This document shows, piece after piece, positions 12,856 to 25,248 of a stretch of DNA of 64,000 bases. The notes beneath the pieces were generated by a model. The model had not been told where the DNA came from and did not search any database. It saw only the letters and a list, made by a program, of their open reading frames with translations. The stretch lies in NCBI GenBank assembly GCA_019828565.1, contig JAHDYR010000053.1, forward strand, positions 98,214 to 162,213, written 5' to 3'. A program made the position numbers and the translations under genes. Origin of the DNA: Carpediemonas membranifera BICM. Its lineage: Eukaryota > Protista > Fornicata. Position 1 is the stretch's first letter. Every line of letters begins with the position of its first letter.

Positions 12856-13118
12856 CCCCGGGCGCTCTCCCAGGCTTCTCTCTCCCGGGCTCCTCTCTCC
12901 CGGGCGCTCTCCCGGGCTTCTCTCTCCCGGGCTCCTCTCTCCCGGGCGCTCTCCCGGGCTCCTCTCTCCCGGGCGCTCTCCCGGGCTCCTCTCTCCCGCG
13001 CTCTTCTCCCCCGCGCTCTTCTCCCCCGGGCTCCTGTCCCCAGCGCTCTTCTCCCCCGGGCTCTATCCTCCGGGGCTCCTGTCCCCAGCGCTGTTTCCCA
13101 GGCGCTCTGCTCTCTCCA
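12856..13118 (+). repeat. C-rich minisatellite (CTCTCTCCCGGG variants)
   Basis: Tandem array visible directly. Confidence 0.95.
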
Positions 13119-14106
13119 GCGTCCTCACTCGTAAATGTACGTTGCTGTCTTGTCTGCTTGATCTGATTTCATTTAGTGTGCACTTTAGGGGATAGTTTCA
13201 TTGCAACGCCAAAATGGCGAGTTCAGGTTGTAGCAATGATCTGATGCGCGGAATGTACTAGAAAACATTGCAATTACAACGCAAAGCAGCGAAAAGCGGA
13301 GAAATCAACATCAATAACAACATCAACACCAAAAGAACAGTATCCCAAAGAATTGTGGGCGTTGCTGCGCCAAAGAGCAATAAATGACCACAAAGCATTC
13401 GCTTATGCACAATTAGCTGCCAGAAAGAACACTACACCGTTACTTTGGATCATTCCAGTTCGCCGGAGATGACGCAGGTCCAGAACGCTGCCTTGGAGGG
13501 CTGGTGAAGCGGTTGTGTAGCGCTTACTCGCCTGGCCTTTGGGGCTCTCTCAACATCCTTCCAGACTACTGCATTGTCATTCACCGGAGGAGCAGGCCAG
13601 AGTCACTTGCCATCTGGCGCATCATGAGGAGATATTGGAATGTGATGATGTGTTTATTGACTAAATGAGCTGGAATTAGGCGGGTTTGATGTTGCTTACA
13701 TGTTCTGTGGCATGCCTGATGTCCAGAGGATACCCCTCAGAGGTGACAGTGCAACACCCGAAATTTTGTCTATACACGTCATATACAAGGTCTAATGCAT
13801 CTTTGCCAACCACTTTTAGCGTTTGTATGTGTCAGACGATCGAGTTCTGAAGAGCGACTTTGGCCAAGTCATGCGACCTTATCCTGCACTGACGATACGA
13901 AAACCGATCATAAATATTTATTGAGACATCTGCATGCAGTAGTAATGTGTCCAGAGGTGAAGCTAGGTCTATAGAGTACGCACGCCAACTTTACTACTGA
14001 TCCGCGAGATTCGATCAAAATCGATCAAAGAAACTGGAACCAATTCTGGAACTATTTGTTCCAGAAAAGGTACCAGAATTGACTGCATGACTGCTTTACC
14101 ATGTCC

Positions 14107-17100
14107 TTACTCCTCCTCCGTGGACTCCCCACTGCCGCTGCAGCTGTCCTCGGCCTGACTCACTTGCTGTCCTTGTAGACTCTGCATTACCGTGATGAAC
14201 TGGGTCATCAGGTCCATGGGTGAGATCTGCTTGGCCTTCTTAGCCTTCTTGTGCTTGTGCCGGGGGATCGTGGGCTTCTCCTTGCTGGGCTTAGTCGCGA
14301 CGCCGGAGAGCACCAACCTTCCGTGGCCTTGCTCTTGCATGAGTCGGGCAGCCTTGAGCGCTGAGATCTCTTGTTGCGCCTCTGCCAACTGCTTTCGGAG
14401 CCGCAGCTTCTCCGAGTCCATGCCGGTTGCCTGTCTGCTTCCAGACTCCCAGTCCATGTCCTCTTCGTGCCTGCTTCTCTTTCCGCTGTCCGAGTCCATG
14501 ATCCTACTCGTGCTGCCCTCCTTGCGCTTGAGCGTCGTGGAGGAAGAGTGATCCTTGCTGTTGTCCATGCCTCCCTCTGAGCCTCTACCGGCCCAGGTGT
14601 TCCCGCTGAACGAGCCTCTCATCTGCGTTCCCGTGTTGTCCTGTCTCTCCCTGTCGTCTCCTCCGTGGTTACGATCCGAGGTCCTGTTCATGTTACCAGC
14701 TCTGTCGCCGGTTCTGTCGTCAGCTCTGACACCAGCTCTACCGCCGGCTCCGTGTCCTACCCTTCTGTCCTCTTCCCTGTCTCCATGCTGGTCGTGATGT
14801 CCTTGATCCGCGTCCTGGCCGAAGTGCCTGCCCACCATCCTGGTGCTAATCCGCCTCGCCTTTTCCTCCAGGCCGTTGTCGAAGAACCTACCTTGGTATG
14901 GCTGTTCGGACTTTCCGTCGATGGTGGGGACATACGTGATGCCTGGGACATTGACTGTGTTGGCTCTGGGCTCGTCCGGGATAGCTGCCGAGACTAGTCT
15001 GGCCCCTTCCTTGCGCATACGGCTTAGGGTGGTCCCAGCCTCGCTGACCCTGACCATGCCCCAGTCTCTCGGGATGAAGCTCGCCCCTAGGGTGATCCTA
15101 CCCCTGTTCCTGGGGGCCTTGACGTTGACTATGACCTTCTCATAGTCCCTGAGGCTCTCTGCTAGGTCGTCGCAGCCCCAGACTCCTTGATGAGCCGTAG
15201 CCTCCTTCGAGGGCCACCACTCGTATAGCATGGCCATGGTTATGATGTCCTCCTCCCTTGCTGCCCCTAGGCCCTTCCTGACGCGTACCATGCGGAGCTG
15301 GTTAGCCGTGGCTCTTTCCATGATGGTCCATAGCGGGCTTCTCTCCAGTACACCTTCGTTGTCCATGATTGTGAGGGGGGGCCAGTAAGATGCCCTTCAT
15401 GCCCAACAGAACCTCCCCGAACCCGAAGCCGATGCCGAAGCGGTGTCCGTTGTCCGGGACTACGAGGATCCTGTCGCCGACTTCCCTGCTGACGTCCCTT
15501 GCGTCCCCGATCGGGTACGTGCCGAAGATCTCAAAGGTGTCCCTCCTTGTCGCGAATTCCGGGCCTCCCATGATATCCATGCCCGGCTCCGCCTTCCCGA
15601 CTGCTTCCATGGTCTTGTCGAGTGCCTTACCCATGTAGTGGTAGACGTCTGGGGTGCTCATCCTCTCCTTGCATAGGGCCCTGATCCTGGCTGTGAAGAC
15701 TACTGTATCCGCCAACCCACAGTGGTAGCAACCCGCGGTGTGTCTGTGGTACGGACAGACTCCCTTGGGCTCGCTCCTGTTCTGCCATCCATTTGACCAT
15801 GTTGTTACTGCTTCCAGGTAGTTGGCCTTGTCGAGGTTGTCCCTGAGGTTTTGGCCAGCCTCCTCCTTGCCGTTGTTCTCCAGGATCTCTGGTAGCTTCT
15901 TCTCGTCCACCAGCCTAGCTTGGAAGAATTCCCTGGTTCCTTGCTCCAGTCCATTTGTGGGGTTCGTGAGGAGGAAGCTTTCCATCTCCACCCCCTTTGC
16001 ATACATGATTATCTTCCAACCCTCCGACCTTTCGATCCTTGCCAGCTGAGCCGCCAGGCGGTTGGCCCAGTCCCTGAAAGTATGTATGTGCTTCTCATAC
16101 TCGATCGGCGGCCGCCCCGTCCCGACCTCCACGAAGGTGGCCGGCGGCAGCCCCGTCACTGCCCATGCCGTGTACCTCGCTTGGTCCATGCTTGCTGCCG
16201 GTATGTCCTGGTAATACAGGCCATGCCCGTGTCCAAGAATGTCCCCAGTGCTGAGGTCAAAGAGTACGATCCCGCCCTCAACCGGGATGGCAGGGATCCC
16301 TGCCTTCTTGACGCCAGGGTCTGCGCACTCGAAGTCGATGGCTCCGATCACCAGTCGTTTCTCCTTGTCCTTTCTAGGCATCCTCGGCGGCTGGCTGCTG
16401 ACCTTGTTTGAGTCGACCTCCTCGTCCTGGTCGATCTTGCCTTGGTTGGCCCCGACCATGTCCTTGTTCACTTCCAGGAGGCTGTCGTCGAGGCTTCTTC
16501 TGCCGGGCATGGTGGCCTGCTGGCGTCGTTCCTCCTTGTCCTTGACATGTTGCTCCTCGTCTCCGTCGATGACCGTGCTAGCGGACGACCTGTCCAGATC
16601 GGCATGTTCGTCCCTATTGCTGCGGACCGAGGTGGCCTTGAGCACTTCCAGCCTCACCTTCCGGAACGGCGGCTCGTTGCTAAGGGGGGTCTCCTCCCCT
16701 TCGCCCAGGATATTGGTTCTGCCCTTCAGGTAGATCCCTGACTTGTTCCATGCTGCCTGCCATATGGCCGGGGCCTCCGGTGCCTGAAGCCTGAGGATGT
16801 CCCTAGCCTCCTCCATGAAGCGGCTGATGGACCATGCTGACGTGTCGCTTAGCTCTAGGATGACCCTGTACTTGCCGTCCTCTTGCTCGTAGGCCACTCT
16901 GGTGACCGGGCCTTGGTTTGCCGGATCCCATACCTTGTCGTAAGGCACGCCTTCTACGGCCTCGTCTCCATGAGCCCCTGATACCAGTATGAACGACCCT
17001 TCGGCCTTCTTGACGCTGTCCCTGTCTACATCCCATTCGATGGGCCCATCTTCCTTCGGCTTGAGGATCGCCGTCTCGATGTCCTTCTCAGATGGCCATC

Positions 17101-17611
17101 TTGCCATGCCAGTGAAGCCCGCTTTCAGCGTCTTGGGCTCCAGTGCCTGTGCCATGTCCTTTGCTTCCTCGTCTCTGGGGTTGAGCGCCTCTGTGAGCAT
17201 GTAGAAAAGGTCGCGGAGGCCGTGGATGCCGCATGGGTTCCTGAGGATGATGTCCTTGTTGTCAGTGACGCCGGTTGCGAAGAGGATGCGTCTGGCGTTC
17301 ATGATTACTTCCTTGCGTCCTTTGGAGTTCGCATTGAGCGACTTTCCTGTAAACTTGCCTGTTCTACGAAGAAGTAGAGTCCTTGAATCGTTCCTTTCAG
17401 CGAGGAAGCTGTCCAGTAGTTCCCTGATGTCCTCCCACTGCTTCTGCGTGGAATCCCTGATCCTTGTCGGTATTTCTACCTGCATTGTTGAGTGCAAAAT
17501 TTCTCCCCTTTTCCTAGTCCATAAACTGGGTCGGAATTTTTGGGTCCGAAAGTCGGGCCACATGTACATATCCGGGTGAGGTCTCCGTCCAGGCCTTCCA
17601 GTTTCTCCCAT
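14107..17611 (-). CDS. Large protein (~1170 aa if joined) with a central Maelstrom-like DEDDh/ECHC nuclease domain (~15680-16360) and a C-terminal coiled coil
   Basis: Motifs IDFE, IPVEGG, YAKG..ME and CPYH-x6-HCGLAD. ORFs 15302-17611 and 14107-15366 join in frame if the G7 run at 15375-15381 is G6. Confidence 0.65.
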
Positions 17612-18181
17612 TGTCCATGCTCCGTACTATATAGGCCATTCTTTCAAAAAGGCGCGGTCCTAAAAATGCGTCGCCCTTTTCTGAGTAGCGGGGCCTTTCT
17701 GTGTAGTTGTTGTTGCTTTGTTCGTAGTCTCCTTTTAGCCTCTATCGACGGCCCCTGTTTCCCTTTTGTGCTGCCCTTCCTTCCTTGTGGTCTTGACAAA
17801 ACCATGTAGCCGCCGGTGCTAGCACTGGCCCTCGACGGTTGTTTTCCTTTTCCTTGTAAACATACGTTCCATGAAGACACTTTGATTCCTTGGTATGGGC
17901 GTGGAGCTCCCACTCGCGCCCAGCGGTATGCCCTGATAGCAACCCTTGAATGTTCAGACAGGAGGCCAAGGCCGCTCCTTCTGAGCTCCATGGGGCACTG
18001 CCCTATCCATATAGGCCAGGCCTGTTGGTCCTTGTCCATCCATGATCGAAGTGTTTCCACTTTGCTGAAATCATTGGTGAACTGGCTCTGACGGGTGGGA
18101 GAGTAGAGACAACTTGTACTAGCACGGATCGTTTATTTGTTTGTGCAGGACGCTGAACCAATGTCCTGCCTTGACAGTAGC

Positions 18182-19245
18182 TTAGAGTTGCCAGCCATTG
18201 CGGCGGCAGGCGGCCTCGACTGGCTGTCTCCATGAAGGGCTGACGTTGAGAAAGTCGTCGAGAGCGGCCATCTGGGCTGTCTCAGCGTTGAGCGTGACCT
18301 CCGAATCCTCTGCTGACTCGCACCCGGCCCAGTGGACTAGGAGGTATATGGTCTTCGATCTGGCTGGACGACGGCCGAGACGATGTGGTCTACGGCGTAC
18401 TCCCCCTCTTGCTCGGCGACTAGGGTCTTGAGCTCGTCGAGGTCCGTGGAGCCAGTCCAGGCCTTGATGCGGCGGTCGGAAACTTCCATGGTCTTATCGG
18501 TCGTGATGTGTTGGATGATCGACGACGACGTGTGGTCACCGCGGCGTAGATATCTGAACGGACCGCGCCAGTTTGCCTCGATCTTGGCGGACTTCGGGCG
18601 AAGGAGGAGTACGAGAGAGCCGGGCTCGTGCGTGGGGGGCACATTGGTGGGAATTGCAGCCTTCTTGGCGGCGTAGCGAGCGAGGGCTTCGCGGGCGGCC
18701 TTTAGGCGCGAAGGATCGGCCTTCCCTTCGGTGAATGGGAAGAGGATGTCCAGAGGAGAGGCCTTGGTGGACGAAACCTGCTTGGAATTGAGGATAAGCT
18801 CGACAGAGGGCAGATGTTCGTCCCAGGGTTGCATCGTAGCGGGCTTGATGATCTTTTCGATCTCGAAGTTGTACCTTTCCACGATGCCGTTGGACTGTGG
18901 GCTGTAAGGGGCGGAAAAGCGGTGATTCAACGAGAGTGCGCATGTAAGCTCATCTATTAGCTTCGCTGTGAACTGCGAGCCGTTGTCGGACTGGATCTCG
19001 CGAGGTACGCCGTAGGCACCGCAGTAAGCATAAAGTGCGCGAGCGGCCGCGAGGGCGTCAGTGGACGTGGCTGGGAACAGTCTGATGTACCTGGAGAAGA
19101 TGTCCACGATCGAGATGATGTAGGAGTTTCCCGACGACGTGGTGGGTAGGGGCCCAAGAGTGTCGACCTGAACTCTGTGGAAAGGAGCGTCCGAGGAGGA
19201 TGGGTGATACGCGATGGGGCACTCTCTGGCAGGGGCATGCAGCTG
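18182..19245 (-). CDS. Element D integrase core plus chromodomain (3' part of pol)
   Basis: VDTLGP, SDNGSQF, PQSNGIVER and WRGPF motifs; YAVDHIV...VHWAG chromodomain (frameshifted). Joins CPHCQL at 42131 in frame after removing A. Confidence 0.9.
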
Positions 19246-19350
19246 TGTCATGACGACCTCATTTAATGATCAGTCTTATTTGGTCAATGATCTCAAACCT
19301 GCTTCTAAATTTCACTCTCTCAATTGTTTGGGTACCACAGTAATTACTGC

Positions 19351-20016
19351 ATGCATTTACCTGAAACAAAACTCAACAACGCCCCGTTCCTGCGAAAGGC
19401 CACCACCAAGTCGTGGTATACTTTCCGTCAAGACTACGAGCAGTATGCTGCCCGTGAAGCCGATCCGATCGTTGCCTTTGACCTAATCGAAACGCAGGTC
19501 CTAGAGGTTCTTAAGATCCGAATCCCTGAACTTGAGGGGTTCCTGGAGTACGCTAATGAAACGCCGGATGAAGAGCCGGCCGATACCTCTGAACTCAACG
19601 AGGCCTTTATCACCATGGTAGACGAGCTGATGCAGCCTCTGGATGAGGTGGACGCTTTAGATCGCTTTAAGGACTTGTCGTGCGGCTCTGAGGGTAACCT
19701 CATTTACAACATGGCCGCGTATGCCCTGGCGTATAAGCGTCAAGTTCGTAACTGTTGTAAGGTTCGGCCCACGGAGAAGCTCATCGTCGATGCCTTTGTT
19801 GCTGGCATCAGGTACGGTCGCTTGAAGGAGCGAGTGAATGCTAAGAAGGCGAAGACGCTTGACGAGACGATCGCCGAGGCATTCATCCAGGCCACGGAAG
19901 CAGAGAAGGCTCGCAGAGAGCACCAGCGTGTGGAGCGAGAGAGTGCGACCTCCGCAACGATGACTAAGGCTAAGGAGAAGTCGGAAACTGCTTGTGAGTA
20001 CTGCCAGCGCAAGGGT
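19351..20016 (+). CDS. gag: Element A gag, N-terminal part
   Basis: The ORF ends in CEYCQRKG; the CCHC knuckle is completed (HTADTC) at 24380 after B. Confidence 0.9.
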
Positions 20017-23000
20017 TGTCGGTTGAAATCATTTACAGTAAACCGCAGCGGGGTAAAAGTGGTCAAAACTGGACGGAGCAGTTTATAGACCGGTGACACT
20101 ACCTCCCTTTTTGATGAGAAAACCCCCAACCTGCAAGGAACGGGGGAAAAAGATGGTTAGTAGAGTTTCAGGTTCTTCCTCGCCTTACGGGCCAACCTCT
20201 TCATCTCCTCGAGGTGTTTCACTCCCGAGAGTGGTTCTTCCGTTATGTTTTCGAATCCTACCCACTTGATGGCGGCTGTCCCTTCTTTCCAGTCTACCGA
20301 TACTACTCGCTCTACCTCCCATTTTTTTCTGGTCGAAGCTTGCAAGTTGAAGCATCATCGTGTCCGTTACGGCATCCGTGTCGAACATCATGAGTTTTTC
20401 AATGTGGGTTGATCTGGTCGATCCGTCGAGTATCGACTGCAGGACTATTCTGTTATTATCAAGTACATCGTGTACCTTCCATGGGCCCCTGTTGCGCGCG
20501 TCTAGCTTCTGAGGGGCCTCATCTTTCCAGAGGACGTAGTCACCCGGCTTCAGTTCGGTGTTGACTATTGTCTTTTGGCCCGGGCCCACACTCTCTCTGG
20601 CAGTGGTCTCCAGGGCGTTAAGGGCCAGCTCCAGGTCCTTTTTGAACTCTGGGAAATCTCTGATCGGAGAGTTGTTGTCGTTCGTCCACCAGCTTGTAAA
20701 CATGTTGTGCTCATGGCCAAATATCAGCTCGTGCGGGGAGAACTTCGTGGCCGTATGTGTCGTGCCGTTGATAATCATCTGGACCGTCGGTAGGAGTCCG
20801 CACCACTGGTCTTTGTAGGCTATTGCCAGGACAAGCCACCGTAGGTGTCTTCCAATCTCCGCATTCCTTCTCTCCACGAGACCATTGCTCTGTGGATGAA
20901 ACGGGATGGTGAAGTGGTGTGCGACTTTCAATGACGTTGTGAGTTGTTCAACTATCGAGTTCGCGTACTCCGGGCCGCCTTCGGACAGAATCTCCGCCGG
21001 TATCCCGTGTCGCGTGAAAACGTGGTCCCATAGGGCCCTGGCGGAGGTCTCGGCGTCGATCGATGCGACTGCGACGAGCTCGGTGTATCTTGTAAACATG
21101 TCTACAGCCACAATGATGTAGCGAGCGCCCAGCGAATCCGTTGGGAGAGGGCCAATTGTGTCGACTGCCACTGTCTCCCATGGTCTGGTGCGTCTTGTCT
21201 GGCCCTTTTGGGCGATAAAGTAGTCCTTGATGCGAGTCTTCAGACAAATGGGGGCACGTCTTGATGTGCTTTTTGACGTCCAAGAGCATCCCCGGCCAAA
21301 ATGCAGACGTGGCGAGTGCTTGGAACGTTGAATTTGCTCCCGTATGAAATTGGTGAGCGGTCCGAAGGGCCTTGTCGCGTGTCTCTCCCTTGGGGATAAT
21401 CGGCACTCCGTCCTTGAAGTAGATCGAGTTTTCGATGGATACTCCCTCTAGTTTCTCCCAGCCGACTCGAGTTGACTCAGGTGCCATGGCCTGGGCAGCC
21501 TGGATCAACTCAAGGGTCAGCCCTGGGCCGGCGTCCTCCGCCTCTAGCAGGTTCAGCTGCGGCCCGAGGTCCCCCTCGGGGAAGGATACGCGACAGCATG
21601 TCTGCCATCTTGTTTGTCTCTCCAGCAATATGCTCGATCGTAATGTTGTAGTCCGACAAGACAGACGTCCACCTGAGGAGTTTCTTGGAAAGCTCCTTCC
21701 TCTGCATGAGATATACCAGATTCTGGTGGTCGGTGCGGATCTGTATGTTGTCCTTGAGGCGGAAAAGTTGAGCCATGTCAGGTCTCGTGAGACAAAAGAT
21801 GATAGCATGAAGCTCTTGTTCGTAGGTCGGCCACCTAGTCTGGGTTGGCGTATGACACTTTGCGAAGAGCGAGACGATCTCTCGGTTGCCGGAGTCGTCT
21901 TCTTGGAACAGAATGCCCCCTAGTCCGTCGTTCGACGCGTCCGTCTCGAGGGTCCACTTCTTTGAGAAGTCGGGGAAATGGAGGACTGTGTCTGAGCTGA
22001 GTCTCTCCTTGAACGTTGTAAACGCCTCTTCTTGTTTGGGGTTCCAAGTTATGTTCTTTGAGTTCTCCTGTGCCGTTAGCATCTCGTTGAGAGGTTTGAG
22101 GATTCGTGATGAGTCCGGGACGAACTGGGCGACATAGTTGAATGATCCCAGTGTCCTCTGAAGCTCCTTTGCGGTGGACGGGAGCGGTATGGCGTTTACC
22201 GCCTCTACCTTCTCTGGGGCAAGTTGTTTCCCCTTCTCCGAGACAATATACCCGACGGCCTCGACGTGGGCTGAGCCTATCGTGCACTTCGGGCCTTTAA
22301 GGCGCAGTGAATAATGTCTACAGATCCTGAAGACGGTTTTGATCAGGGTGAGAAACTGGGCCTCGGTCTTGGCGTAAATCAAGATGTCGTCAAGATAGAT
22401 GTCCACCCCTTTGTGGAGGACCTCGGCGAACGCCTTCTGCATGGCGCGTTGGAATCTCGCCGGGGCGTTCATCAGGCCGAATGGACATCTGGTGAACTCG
22501 CAGTATGCGTCTGGAGTGACAAAAGCGGTTTTGGGGATATCTTCCTCGTGCATCCGCATCTGGTAGTAGCCTTGTCTGAGGTCTAGGCCTGCAAAGTATT
22601 TGCAGCCTGATGCTCGGTCTACAAACTCGCGCGTGTTAGGCAGGGGGAAGTTATCCCTCACTGTCTTGGAGTTTAACTCCTTGTAGTCAATGCAAAGACG
22701 GATCTTGGTCGATCCTTTGTGGCCCTGCCTGACTACTACGATCGGCGAGCTGTACGGCCCAGTCGAGTCCTGGATTATCCCGTCTCGCCTGAGTTGTTCT
22801 AGCTCTGTCGACACCAGGCCTTGGGTCACTGGGTCGAGTCTGCGAGCGCGGCATTGTACAATTGCCCGCTCGTCTATCAGTTCAATCGACATGGGTTCCA
22901 GTCGAGACCCTTCCTTGGGTAGTTCTTCCTCGAAGATATCGTCAAATGAGTTGATTATCTCGAGAATCTCGGGTCGGATCTTCGACTCCGGGACGTGGAC

Positions 23001-24375
23001 ACCACAGTAGTCGTCGGTTATCGCCATGTTTGCGTCCTCCGTGAGATATTCATGGTAGAACGGCAGCCAGTCCTCGTCCTCCTCAATTGAGGAGAGCTTG
23101 TGCAGGTTAAGGTTGAGTGTGCCATCGCCAATGAGTGCGAGTGACCTCAGCAAGTCACACCCGATGAGAGCCTTGAAGAACTCACCGGGGAGTACGTAGT
23201 ACTTCCATGTAACCTCCAACGGTGTGACACCTAGTGCTGGGAATGCTGCCTTAAATGTGACTGCTTGATCTGTCACGAGGGAGCGTCCGTCTCCTAGCGT
23301 GACCTTGATCTTTTCCTCGAGAGAGGTCTGCACTGTGTCCTTGGGTAGGGTACGTAGTGCCTTCGAACTAATGAAGCTTCGGCTTGCACCAGTGTCTACA
23401 ACGAACGAGTAAGTTTTGCCTTTTACAGTAGCGGGGGTCGTCAGTGGACCCTTCCCGCCCTTCTCGTTAGTCGACGCGCTGTCGGCGTTGTTGTTCTCGC
23501 TGTAGCGGGGGTGCTTATCGCATCTGAAGTCCATGTGGGGACCGCCACAGAAACGACAGGGGCGCGACGGCTTCTTGGGTCCGTCGGCCGGCGGGCGCTT
23601 GGCCGCGTCCGGGCGGTACTGGGCCTTCCTGGCCTGGGCCGGGGCCTTGGGTCCGCCGGCCGGGGTTTGCGAGAGGGGTTGATCATGGTCATACGCCCTA
23701 GCAGCCCTAAGAGCCACCGCTACGGTGTCCTCGAAGGTCTTGACGTTGTGGAGAGCAAGCAAGGTCTGTGCCTTCTTGCGGAATGCTGTCGGGTTCAGGG
23801 ACTCCCTGAAGAGCCGTGCAGCCAGCTTATCAAAGCTTGCGAGCAGTTCGTCGGCATTGGGGTTGTCGTCGATGGGGTCCAAGAACCCTTCTGGGTCTGG
23901 CGTCTTGGAGTAGAGCTCGATGCGCTTGCGGAATGCTGCCGCTTGTAGTCTCGTGCCAGCTTCGAAGTTGCGTGCGGTGCTCGGCACCATGGGGAAACGA
24001 AGGTCTTGGAGCTCTTCGACGAGTGCTAGGATGGAGTGGGGAAGGAGCCGCTGGCGACACCATTCGGTGAAGTTCTTGAGAGTGTAGTTCTTGTCGGATG
24101 TGTCTATGCCTTCGGCCTTGAGTTCGAGGGCAAATGACTCCTCAATGAGGACGGACAGTGGGATGCTTGGGTTTTGTATAGTAAAAATCGTTGCTCGGCG
24201 CTCAAACTCCTCAAGAGTCTCTAGTGTTAGATTTGAAGGAGAAAGCTCAGGAATTTGAACAGTTAACGACATCAGCACAGCTAATACTAGTATTGTCGGT
24301 TGAAATCATTTACAGTAAACCGCAGCGGGGTAAAAGTGGTCAAAACTGGACGGAGCAGTTTATAGACCGGTGACA
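20017..24375 (-). mobile_element. Ty3/gypsy chromovirus-like element B, full length 4359 bp
   Basis: Identical 82-bp LTRs at 20017-20098 and 24294-24375; 4-bp TSD GGGT; PPT AAAAAGGGAGGTAG next to the 3' LTR. Confidence 0.97.
20157..24272 (-). CDS. pol: Element B gag-pol (knuckle, PR, RT, RNase H, INT, chromodomain), with frameshifts at homopolymers
   Basis: Motifs CRFCGGPHMDFRC, VDTGA, YLDD, TDAS, DTIGP, PQSNGLVER and WEVERVV..IKWVGF. Confidence 0.93.
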
Positions 24376-24379
24376 GGGT

Positions 24380-25248
24380 CACACTGCTGATACGTGTTGG
24401 AAGCGTAAGCGTGACGAGCGTGAGGGAGTAAAGGGGCAGAAGTACGTTCATCTTAATGCTTTGGTCGCGGAGGACCGCGACAACAGACCCATTGGCGAGG
24501 TGGGCATCCTGGGGAGAGTGTTGGCGTTCCTTTATGACACAGGGGCCTCTGCCGACTTTATATCCCAATCCCTCGTCAAAGAGCTCGGCCTAGTCGTCGA
24601 GCCCGACCATGCTAAGGTTAAGCTGGCCACTGGTACGATTTACAACTCACCCGGCATTGTTAAGTTGAGTGCAGATTTTGGAGTGTTGCCATCTACTGGG
24701 CGGAGAACTCAAGCTGCTCTCAATTTGCGGGTGCTACCCGGGCTGAAGCCGACATTAGTTATGGGAATATCGACATTAAGTGCGTTGGGGCTAATCACGA
24801 TCGTCAAGCCGACGATGGAGAATTCTGGAGAGCCACACTTCGCGGAGCTTGATGAAGATGAAGTAGACGAGACGTTATTTACCCTTGCTGAAGCGGAGCA
24901 CGAACTACAGATACGAAGCTTCCCTGAAGAGACTAATACCATCCTAAGCAAGTACAAAGACGTTCTCGGCGACATTTCGCAGCCAGCAGACGTTCCACCC
25001 TTCGAACTGGTTCTTACAAACCAGAAGGTTATCAACATCCCTCCATACCACGTCTCGGCTGAAGAAAGAGAGGATATGCAGCGCCAGACGGCGCAGCTGG
25101 AGGATCTGAATGTGATTGAGGAGTCTACGAGCAACTATAACAATCCTACGGTGCTTGTATGGAAGCGCGATCGCACCCGCAGGCTCTGCTTGGACTTTCG
25201 GCGCCTTAACGACGCGACGGAGGACTTCGATCACGACCTCCCTATCAT
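24380..25248 (+). CDS. pol: Element A gag end, protease and RT start
   Basis: Motifs YDTGAS and RLCLDFRRLN; joins 38060 in frame (DLPII|DDLVARL). Confidence 0.92.

Larger units (their letters stand above)
9745..14089. mobile_element. T1: right part of a CMC-like DNA transposon (left end outside window)
   Basis: Ends ...CAGAATTGACTGCATG (rc CATGCAGTCAAT), with subterminal CTGGAAC/GTTCCAG repeats at 14034-14077. Internal blocks are near-identical to T2. Confidence 0.75.

Noticed and set aside
19246-19350. Tf1-type self-priming
   Set aside because: No copy or complement of the PBS-position sequence is visible inside the corresponding LTRs.
20157-21600. Programmed ribosomal frameshifts in pol genes (also near 42905, 49268 and 15378)
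   Set aside because: They fall at homopolymers within domains, and at 49268 the sister copies are one base shorter; sequencing error or mutation is more likely.
19246-24375. Short repeats separating retroelement fragments, read as a CRISPR- or integron-like array
   Set aside because: They are TG..CA LTRs with TSDs, and the apparent spacers rejoin into in-frame host ORFs.
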